From a virus (Duplodnaviria > Caudoviricetes), in IMG/VR virus record IMGVR_UViG_3300030372_003692, positions 1-43,072 of that record: DNA of 43,072 bases, one strand, 5' to 3'. The notes beneath the pieces were generated by a model. The model searched no databases, was not told the origin of the DNA, and saw only the letters and a list, made by a program, of their open reading frames with translations. Of this stretch, positions 36,898-43,072 are shown piece after piece; within the stretch, counting starts at the first letter, position 1, and each line of letters begins with the position of its first letter. The position numbers were made by a program, and so were the translations under genes.

Positions 36898-37052
36898 AAC
36901 CAGTTTGCCCTAGCTGTAACATTGGCAATTTTAGAGTTAGGGAAACCCGCACAACTTTAGATACTTGGTACAGAATCAGAGAATGTAAAAATTGCGGTGA
37001 AAGATTTTTAACTAAAGAAGAAATTATTAGCAAAAAAAGGACGATTAAATAA
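36894..37052 (+). CDS. Zinc-ribbon protein (NrdR N-terminal/Ogr-like)
   Basis: Hand-translated MKPVCPSC...VRETR...RIRECKNCGERFLTKE. Confidence 0.75.
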   Translation: MKPVCPSCNIGNFRVRETRTTLDTWYRIRECKNCGERFLTKEEIISKKRTIK

Positions 37053-37367
37053 ATGGACTACGAACTACTAATAGAAGAAACAGAGGCAGACTATAAGATT
37101 CTTGTAGATGTCTACTGCGACTACAATTTTACCTCCGGCCGTTTTTGGGCGGCTCCTGCTGATTGCTGGCCAGATGAAGAAGAGTTTTCCGTAGACTACT
37201 TTCAAGTAAGAAGCGTTGAAATAATCAACGAGACTAAAAAAACCATTAAAAAACTTTTTGATCATTCAGAAATCCAAAAGTTTATAAAAGAGACTTTCCA
37301 TAATTTTAAAGAAGTTTTAGAAAACGAAGAAAACCTTAAACAAGAGTGGATAAACTACAATGGATAA
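37053..37367 (+). CDS. Hypothetical protein
   Basis: Coupled ORF; AAPADCWPDE motif. Confidence 0.65.
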   Translation: MDYELLIEETEADYKILVDVYCDYNFTSGRFWAAPADCWPDEEEFSVDYFQVRSVEIINETKKTIKKLFDHSEIQKFIKETFHNFKEVLENEENLKQEWINYNG

Positions 37368-37587
37368 TCAAAAAATGTTAGCAGCTTTCAACGAGGCTGC
37401 CCACAGTCATTATATCAAACACACTAACAAAAGCTTTCAACAGCTCAGAGACTATCTGTCTTATGAAAAATCATCTTGGGCAGATGGTTGTTATGGTGAC
37501 GAATGGGAAACCATAGAACAAGCCACGGCGTGTGGCGTTGAGGCTGCAAGCCAATACTTAGAAACTGAAGAAGCGGAAAGGGTTTAA
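37360..37587 (+). CDS. Hypothetical protein
   Basis: Coupled ORF. Confidence 0.6.
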   Translation: MDNQKMLAAFNEAAHSHYIKHTNKSFQQLRDYLSYEKSSWADGCYGDEWETIEQATACGVEAASQYLETEEAERV

Positions 37588-37591
37588 GGCG

Positions 37592-38011
37592 ATGAGAGAA
37601 ATAAAGTATAGAGCTTGGGTTTTAGAGTCTAGTAAATTTATATATAAACCACCAGTACCAGAATTCACGTCCTCATGGGGATATAGGCGAGGGGAGTATG
37701 TACTAGAACAATACACAGGCCTCAAGGATAAGAATGGCACGGAGATTTATGAGGGGGATATAATTTTATTGTCTTTCGATAAACATTGGTGGAAATTCGA
37801 ATGTAAGCGACTTAAGGGCACGTCGCTATATTTTATAGAACTATCCAATAATTGTGCTACTGAAGGATATGGGGATGAGGAACGATACACATATGAGGAA
37901 TGTACCATATCAAAAGGAAGAAGAAAGGATATTCCTTTTACATCTAGCGAGGAAATTGAAATCATCGGAAATATCCACGAAAATCTGGAGCTATTAAAAT
38001 GTCAGAATTAG
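37592..38011 (+). CDS. YopX family protein
   Basis: MREIKYRAW, QYTGLKDKNGTEIYEGDI and EIIGNIHEN motifs. Confidence 0.92.
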   Translation: MREIKYRAWVLESSKFIYKPPVPEFTSSWGYRRGEYVLEQYTGLKDKNGTEIYEGDIILLSFDKHWWKFECKRLKGTSLYFIELSNNCATEGYGDEERYTYEECTISKGRRKDIPFTSSEEIEIIGNIHENLELLKCQN

Positions 38012-38238
38012 CCACCTGTAAAAACTGCGGATACCAGTGGGAGAAAGGCACGGATTCTAATCATAGTAAGGATGATTGCATAGAGAGATTGAGGGCTGAA
38101 AGGGATAGTCACAAGAAAACAGCTCTCCAGTACTGGACTGAATTGCTTGATGCTAAAAAAGTCATCAATGATTTAGTAAATACCATCACTGAGAAGGACG
38201 TGAAGATAAAAGACCTAACCACCGAGCAGGAGGAGTGA
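37999..38238 (+). CDS. Hypothetical Zn-finger plus coiled-coil protein
   Basis: CKNC..H..C followed by heptads. Confidence 0.55.
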   Translation: MSELATCKNCGYQWEKGTDSNHSKDDCIERLRAERDSHKKTALQYWTELLDAKKVINDLVNTITEKDVKIKDLTTEQEE

Positions 38239-38480
38239 TGAGTGAAGAAAAATTAGTATTTGTCGGTAATACTCAAATTTGTTATATAGGACAATATGAG
38301 GATAATCAATATTGGATGGCTAGATTAGATAATACAGATGTATCAACTAGGAGCACGCAAAGTTTATTTGAAATTGATTCTTATAAGAGATTTAGAACAG
38401 AAAAAAAATGCAAAGAATACATTGAAAAGCAAGTTGTTAAAAAATGTAAACAAATATTAAAAAACCTGAAAGGAGAGTAG
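38235..38480 (+). CDS. Hypothetical protein
   Basis: AGGAGG RBS. Confidence 0.65.
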   Translation: MMSEEKLVFVGNTQICYIGQYEDNQYWMARLDNTDVSTRSTQSLFEIDSYKRFRTEKKCKEYIEKQVVKKCKQILKNLKGE

Positions 38481-38483
38481 GCG

Positions 38484-38699
38484 GTGAAGATGAAAGATTT
38501 GCAAAAAATGTGCAAAAAACACAATGCAGATATTCAAATAAATTATAGGCCAGAAAAGCCAGAGATTAATATTGAAATAAATCACGAGACTTGCTCCTGC
38601 ATCTACTATGATGAGTCGGATGATTTAAAGGGCTTGGTTGATTATGCAACAGAGGAATTTTATACAAAACTTAGCGATGAAGGTTTAGAGGATTATTAA
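38484..38699 (+). CDS. Hypothetical protein
   Basis: AGGAG RBS. Confidence 0.6.
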   Translation: MKMKDLQKMCKKHNADIQINYRPEKPEINIEINHETCSCIYYDESDDLKGLVDYATEEFYTKLSDEGLEDY

Positions 38700-38700
38700 C

Positions 38701-38848
38701 TTGAAATCCGAGCAAAATTAAGTATAATATTAGGGTAAAGGCGATTGAACCCGTCTTAGAAAACAAACTAAAAGCCAATTTTACCCGCCTCTTCTGGAAG
38801 CCTTACTTTTAGGGCTTGGTTCAAACAGATGCAGAGCGGGTTTTTTTA
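38701..38848 (+). promoter_or_regulatory. Promoter plus structured attenuator leader of the replication operon
   Basis: TTGAAA-N16-TATAAT (38701-38728), hairpin 38738-38757, and a terminator-like multi-stem 38783-38841 followed by a T run. Confidence 0.7.
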
Positions 38849-38860
38849 TGGAGAAATTAG

Positions 38861-39223
38861 ATGTCTAAAAGAAAGACTAAATCAGGTAAATTATACCTTC
38901 TTTACGCACAAATAGAAGATAATCTTCATGTGTATAAATATGGCGTGACCACTAAGGATAATACGATATCTCGTGCAAAATGGATTAGTCGAAAATTTAA
39001 TACTACCTTTAAAGAGTTAATTACTTTTGATGTCAATGATATTTATTACAAGGAAAGAATGTTTAGGACGTTTTTTTGGGATGCTTGGAAGATGGAGGCA
39101 GCTGGCATTGAGCTAGAATGTGATGAAAAGATATACTCTAAGTCATGGGAGTGCTTAGCAAGTCGCTCTAATATAGATGATAAATTAATTGAAATAATGT
39201 CTGATATAGTTGAGGCTAAATAA
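38861..39223 (+). CDS. T5orf172/GIY-YIG-like protein
   Basis: GKLYLL...YKYGVT...R motif. Confidence 0.6.
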   Translation: MSKRKTKSGKLYLLYAQIEDNLHVYKYGVTTKDNTISRAKWISRKFNTTFKELITFDVNDIYYKERMFRTFFWDAWKMEAAGIELECDEKIYSKSWECLASRSNIDDKLIEIMSDIVEAK

Positions 39224-39954
39224 TGGCTAGAAATAGAATGATAAAGCCTGAGTTTTGGTCTAGTGACACACTCATGAAAGTCTCAAGAGATGCTCGTTTG
39301 ACATTCATAGGAATATGGAACTTCTGCGACGATTATGGCTTTTGCCTTAATTCAATGCGCTCTTTATTGGGGGATGTATTTCCATATGATGAGAGTGTTA
39401 CAGAAGTAAAATTAAAGGGTTGGATAAATGAATTGATAGCTGAAAAATTATTAATACCTGTTGATTATGACTCAAAGAAACTTCTTTTTGTTAAGGGTTG
39501 GGGAGAGCATCAGACAGTACAGCATAAATCTAAAAGAACATTTATAAAAGTGGATGATTTAGAGGTAGTTATAAAAGACTCATTAAAGTCTCATGAGGAT
39601 CTCATTAAAGTCTACTTAGAGTCTCATGCTCCAAAAAGAAAGAAGAAAGAGAAAGAAGAAAGAGAAAGTAATAAAGATAAGGCAATAAAATTGCCATCTT
39701 TTATTTGTCCTAAATTATGGAATGATTTTTTATCTATGAGAGTAAAAATAAAAGCTGAGAATACAGAGCGTGCTCTTTTGGGATTAATAAAAAAACTAAC
39801 AGATATGGAAAATAATAAATCAGGTTCAGCAAAACTCTCAATTGAGGAGTCGATAATGAATTCTTGGAAAGGTGTTTTTCCTCCTAAGAGAGATTATTCT
39901 CGTAAACTCTCAACCTCTGGGTGCTCAGATATTAAGCCGGGAGACGTTTTTTAA
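39223..39954 (+). CDS. Replication initiator (lambda O-like organisation)
   Basis: MARNRMIKPEFW N-domain, Lys/Glu-rich linker and C-terminal SIMNSWKGVF; upstream of the DnaC-like gene. Confidence 0.8.
   Translation: MARNRMIKPEFWSSDTLMKVSRDARLTFIGIWNFCDDYGFCLNSMRSLLGDVFPYDESVTEVKLKGWINELIAEKLLIPVDYDSKKLLFVKGWGEHQTVQHKSKRTFIKVDDLEVVIKDSLKSHEDLIKVYLESHAPKRKKKEKEERESNKDKAIKLPSFICPKLWNDFLSMRVKIKAENTERALLGLIKKLTDMENNKSGSAKLSIEESIMNSWKGVFPPKRDYSRKLSTSGCSDIKPGDVF
39577..39682 (+). promoter_or_regulatory. Putative replication origin (iterons plus purine-rich tract) inside the initiator gene
   Basis: CTCAT at 39579, 39590, 39601 and 39623 (CTACT at 39612), an 11-bp period, followed by an A/G tract. 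Confidence 0.6.
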
Positions 39955-40580
39955 TGAAATTCACATTATCAGACCTAAAGAGAGAGATAGAAGGCCCTCA
40001 GAATATATCAGAAGTCGATTCTAACGAGCTTAAGGAGCAGATTAGGGTTACAACAGCGGGGTTGCAATCTAAAGCGATTACAGAGCGCAATCCGGTCATT
40101 TTTAAATCTATGGTGAAATACCTAGCAGAGACCAAATTAAAATGCAGAAAGAAGGGTCTACTTTATTTTGGTAATCCTGGAACAGGTAAAACTTTTGCAG
40201 CTAAAGTAATCGCAGCTTTTAGAGATTTGCATTTTTACACATGTGAGGAGCTTGAGTCGAAGTATGAAAAGTCACCAGATGCTTTCTGGGAAATAATAAA
40301 AGAGCGAAAAGATATCGTTATAGATGACTTAGGCACTGAAAAAACAAGGAGTGATTACGGCGCAAAGTTTGAGTTAATGGGCAAAGCCTTGAGTGAAAGG
40401 CATAAATTATTCGAGCAATACGGAGTAAAGACGATTATAACTTCAAATTTGTCAGGCCCTAAAAACGAGGAAGGTAAATCAATAGAGGATAGATATACAA
40501 CAAGAATATATTCAAGACTACACCAAATGTGTGAATGCGTAAATGCAGCAGGTAAGGATTTGAGGAGATTTAAAGGATGA
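39954..40580 (+). CDS. DnaC/IstB-like AAA+ helicase loader
   Basis: GNPGTGKT, IVIDDLGTE, ITSNL and RIYSRL motifs. Confidence 0.88.
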   Translation: MKFTLSDLKREIEGPQNISEVDSNELKEQIRVTTAGLQSKAITERNPVIFKSMVKYLAETKLKCRKKGLLYFGNPGTGKTFAAKVIAAFRDLHFYTCEELESKYEKSPDAFWEIIKERKDIVIDDLGTEKTRSDYGAKFELMGKALSERHKLFEQYGVKTIITSNLSGPKNEEGKSIEDRYTTRIYSRLHQMCECVNAAGKDLRRFKG

Positions 40581-40837
40581 TAATAGAATGCACACAATGT
40601 CAGTCAGATATTTTAACAGAGGCTGACCCTTATTTATACCAAAATACTGCAAAAGGTGAAGTTTTTACATGTATGGATTGCGTTAAATTAAATCTAAATA
40701 ATAAATACAAGCAAGCCTTAGAAAAGATAGCAAACGCGCCAATGTCAGAAGCTTATGAAGGTTGCGAGGTATTAGGTAAGACGTACCAAGGTTTAAGTTT
40801 TAAGAATTTACAGGAAATAGCAAGGAGGGCAATCTAA
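40577..40837 (+). CDS. Hypothetical Zn-binding protein
   Basis: CTQC...CMDC. Confidence 0.6.
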   Translation: MIIECTQCQSDILTEADPYLYQNTAKGEVFTCMDCVKLNLNNKYKQALEKIANAPMSEAYEGCEVLGKTYQGLSFKNLQEIARRAI

Positions 40838-41076
40838 TGTATAACGACCAAGATAAAATTAAAGAGCTGGAGAAGGAGTTAAATAAATACCGCTGGAGAG
40901 ATGCCATTAACGAACCTCCAGAACATGAAGATAGTATAGTTTTATTGTCAATTGGTTATGAAGAAATAGGTAGCTACTGCCTACACACAGAAACTTATTA
41001 TATAAATGGGGAGCCGATGCCTCGTGGTGATGTAAGTCACTGGACAGAGTTTACAGAATTTGAGCTTGATGAATGA
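40837..41076 (+). CDS. DUF551-like protein
   Basis: WRDAINEPP...VSHW pattern. Confidence 0.55.
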   Translation: MYNDQDKIKELEKELNKYRWRDAINEPPEHEDSIVLLSIGYEEIGSYCLHTETYYINGEPMPRGDVSHWTEFTEFELDE

Positions 41077-41471
41077 AAAATATTTATTTAGTTTCAAAGG
41101 GTGAATATTCAGATTATGATATAGTTGCTGTTTTTGAGAAAAAAGAGGACGCACAATTATTTATAGATAAATTTCAGATAGATGATTATTATTATAATAA
41201 TGATATGGAAATAGAAACAAGGGTTTTAAATCCTTGGATTCCAGAATTAAAGAAAGGTTTAAGGTCTTATAGGGTAAGAATAGATAAGGAAGGAAATATA
41301 AGCGAATGTATATTGAATGACGATATACCAACATGTTCCGTATCTGATTTCTTTTTTGATTGTATACAAAGACTTGTAGTTGACTGTATGGCCAGGGATA
41401 AAAATCACGCTATAAAAATAGCTAATGATAAAAGAATTATGGCAATAGCTGAAAATAGGTGGAAGAAGTGA
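41073..41471 (+). CDS. Hypothetical phage protein
   Basis: IYLVSKGEYSDYDIVAVFEKKEDA N-terminal motif. Confidence 0.7.
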   Translation: MKNIYLVSKGEYSDYDIVAVFEKKEDAQLFIDKFQIDDYYYNNDMEIETRVLNPWIPELKKGLRSYRVRIDKEGNISECILNDDIPTCSVSDFFFDCIQRLVVDCMARDKNHAIKIANDKRIMAIAENRWKK

Positions 41472-41761
41472 AGACAGCCGCGAGGGTAGACGCTAATCAA
41501 AAAGAAATAGTAGAATACGCTAGAGGTAAAGGTTTTTCAGTTCTCATTATATCTCAGCTAAAAAACTGCTGTGATATTATTATAGCTAAAAATGGTCATA
41601 CAATTGCTTGTGAAATTAAAGATTCAAATAAACCACCTAGTCAAAGGAAGCTTACAGAAGGGGAGCAGAAGTTTAAAGATAGTTGGCAAGGGGCGTATCG
41701 AATAGTTTACACTACAGGAGATATCGATTGTATTGATATGGCTATTAATAACCTTATTTAA
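41468..41761 (+). CDS. VRR-NUC-like/Holliday junction resolvase (PD-(D/E)XK)
   Basis: ARVDANQKEIV, DIII..., CEIKD and LTEGEQKF...W motifs. Confidence 0.8.
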   Translation: MKTAARVDANQKEIVEYARGKGFSVLIISQLKNCCDIIIAKNGHTIACEIKDSNKPPSQRKLTEGEQKFKDSWQGAYRIVYTTGDIDCIDMAINNLI

Positions 41762-41872
41762 ATTTTACTGGGCCATTAAAAAAATGGTCTTTTTTATTGT
41801 TTTTGTATTGTGTATATCCAAAATGTGTGTATAATAGAGGTATAGAAAGTAATTAATAAAGGATATGATAAA
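41758..41872 (+). repeat. Repeated terminator+promoter unit (upstream diverged copy)
   Basis: GGCCATT-A5-AATGGTC plus T run at 41771; 28-bp core TTGTGTATATCCAAAATGTGTGTATAAT at 41808-41835 is identical to 55-82. Confidence 0.9.
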
Positions 41873-42055
41873 ATGAAAATGTATAGTGTGTATTTCAGCA
41901 TTGAAAACGAAGAGTTTTATTACATCGATTCTGAAAAGAAAGGTTTTCTAGAAAGATGTAAAAATGAACTAATAGAAAATGTAAGCACTGTCGAAGCTGC
42001 TGAGAAAGCTATAAAAAAGAATTCAAAAAGGCTTTTGATGTTGAAGAAATCCTAA
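41873..42055 (+). CDS. Hypothetical cassette gene
   Basis: Single ORF between two promoter units. Confidence 0.65.
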   Translation: MKMYSVYFSIENEEFYYIDSEKKGFLERCKNELIENVSTVEAAEKAIKKNSKRLLMLKKS

Positions 42056-42076
42056 GAATGGATAATAAAATCTTAA

Positions 42077-42196
42077 AGGAGTTTAATTTCACTTGGCCAT
42101 TAAAAAATGGTCTTTTTTGTTGTGTAGGGCTTGTGTATATCCAAAATGTGTGTGTAATAAGAGTATTGAAAGTAATTAACAAACGGAGAAAAAAAA
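42077..42196 (+). repeat. Repeated terminator+promoter unit (copy B, allelic to 1-119)
   Basis: Identical to 1-77; the -10 then reads TGTAAT and there is one extra A before the ATG. Confidence 0.9.
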
Positions 42197-42457
42197 ATGA
42201 TAGAACAGAAAAGAGTAAACAATTTCGGCGATTTTTTAGAAGTTGATAAAAAAATACAAAAAATAGTGGGCTACAGCCACTATTTATATTTAGAGTTGGC
42301 AGAAAAAGAAAAAAAATACGGCATGGCAAAAACTACCCAAGCCGTATTTCGTAACGGGAATATAATTGACCCGGACAATCAAGAGATTCTACCGGATTCA
42401 ATGTTTATTTTTAATGGAAAAATTAAAAAATTTTTAGCAGAAAAAAGAAAGAAATAA
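42197..42457 (+). CDS. Hypothetical cassette gene (allele B)
   Basis: Occupies the position of the DUF1391 gene in allele A. Confidence 0.7.
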   Translation: MIEQKRVNNFGDFLEVDKKIQKIVGYSHYLYLELAEKEKKYGMAKTTQAVFRNGNIIDPDNQEILPDSMFIFNGKIKKFLAEKRKK

Positions 42458-42475
42458 ATAAACGGAGCAAAAAAA

Positions 42476-42628
42476 ATGTACTTTATCCAAGACAGACAAG
42501 CGGGCAATGTATTAAAAGTTTTTAAAACTAAAGAAGAGGTTCAACAAACCCTCATAAACTACGAGGAAAAAGATAAAAAAGAAAACATTTTTCAGCCCAA
42601 CTTTTACGAAATAGTAAAAGAGTTTTAA
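42476..42628 (+). CDS. Hypothetical cassette gene (allele B)
   Basis: Hand-translated MYFIQDRQAGNVLKVFKTKEEVQQTL...; preceded by a duplicated AAACGGAG-A(n)-ATG RBS. Confidence 0.65.
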   Translation: MYFIQDRQAGNVLKVFKTKEEVQQTLINYEEKDKKENIFQPNFYEIVKEF

Positions 42629-42631
42629 AAC

Positions 42632-42766
42632 ATGCCTAGAATCAACATTCACCTATCAAACCTAAATCTTAAGCTTGTCGATGAGCAAGCTAAGAAAGAA
42701 GGCCGGAGCCGTAGCGGTCATATTGCGGAACTTATTAAAGATCAAGAAAAAAGGAATAAGAAATGA
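42632..42766 (+). CDS. Ribbon-helix-helix protein, allele B
   Basis: MPRINIHLSNLNLKLVDEQAKKEGRSRSGHIAELIKDQEKRNKK. Confidence 0.8.
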   Translation: MPRINIHLSNLNLKLVDEQAKKEGRSRSGHIAELIKDQEKRNKK

Positions 42767-42966
42767 GCAAGACTAGAAAAGAGTTATTAAAGGCAATCGA
42801 AGAAGCTGACACGGCATGGAACAAAGCAGACAAGGCAAAGGACGAAGCAGACAAGGCACTGGACGAAGCTGACAAGGCAAAGGATGAAGCTAAAAAGGCA
42901 TGGCATGAAGCTGCAGTTGCTTTATATGAATACGACTATGAATACGACAGGGAGCAATGCGAATGA
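42763..42966 (+). CDS. MSKTR-family Ala-heptad repeat protein 3 (allele B)
   Basis: 5 heptads of ADKAKDE type. Confidence 0.8.
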   Translation: MSKTRKELLKAIEEADTAWNKADKAKDEADKALDEADKAKDEAKKAWHEAAVALYEYDYEYDREQCE

Positions 42967-43072
42967 GTGAATTATTACTAGCTCTATTAGTCATTATCCC
43001 TCAATTAGAGGGTAACCCTAACGGCAATCCGGCTGAGAATGCATTAGGGCCTTATCACATCACGCCAGTTAT
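42963..43072 (+). CDS. 5-prime part of the lysozyme-like gene (allele B, truncated by the contig end)
   Basis: 42996-43072 is identical to 878-954. Confidence 0.8.
   Translation, partial: MSELLLALLVIIPQLEGNPNGNPAENALGPYHITPV

Noticed and set aside
6253-40597. Short antisense ORFs in the track (e.g. 6253, 6654, 7107, 13137, 14449, 16234, 16954, 17841, 20425, 21960, 27500, 31552, 33103, 37068, 37747, 40355)
   Set aside because: They are shadows of well-supported genes on the opposite strand, with no recognisable motifs.
42058-42246. ORF 42058-42246 and the N-terminal extension 57-119 of the first ORF
   Set aside because: They run through the terminator/promoter unit; the real starts follow the GGAG RBS at 120 and 42197.
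42077-43072. Genuine long direct terminal repeat
   Set aside because: The interiors differ in gene content and exact identity is limited to 77 bp at each contig tip, which fits an assembly bubble better. Not fully excluded without reads.
1-43072. tRNA genes, integrase/att site, alternative genetic code
   Set aside because: No cloverleaf or recombinase motifs were seen by eye, and genes are full length under the standard code with all three stops in use. A tRNAscan/HMM run would be needed to be certain.

Overview
AT-rich, essentially complete genome of a tailed dsDNA phage with a contractile tail (myovirus). It has a P22 gp3-like TerS, Terminase_6 TerL, DUF1073-type portal, DUF2213-type protease, DUF2184-type capsid, DUF3383-type sheath, DUF3277-type tube, baseplate J and a DUF2612-type wedge. 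Family names are from recalled motifs, not database searches. Layout: early variable small genes (1-2000 and 41.7-43 kb), morphogenesis on + (2.2-30.1 kb), a recombination/helicase/beta-clamp/methylase operon on - (30.5-36.7 kb), and a divergent + operon with a lambda O/DnaC-type replication module (36.8-41.8 kb). No integrase, CI repressor, DNA polymerase, reverse transcriptase, tRNA or CRISPR array was recognised. The two contig ends look like two different alleles of one hypervariable locus (1-954 vs 42077-43072). Each end is bounded by an exact 77-bp match, typical of a k=77 assembly bubble, so the circular genome is about 42,076 or 42,118 bp. Highlights: repeated terminator+promoter units heading exchangeable small genes, a family of variable-length Ala-heptad proteins, a putative two-state RNA attenuator upstream of the replication genes, a tail fibre module between terS and terL, and an antisense moron with a LITAF-like membrane protein and an HTH regulator.
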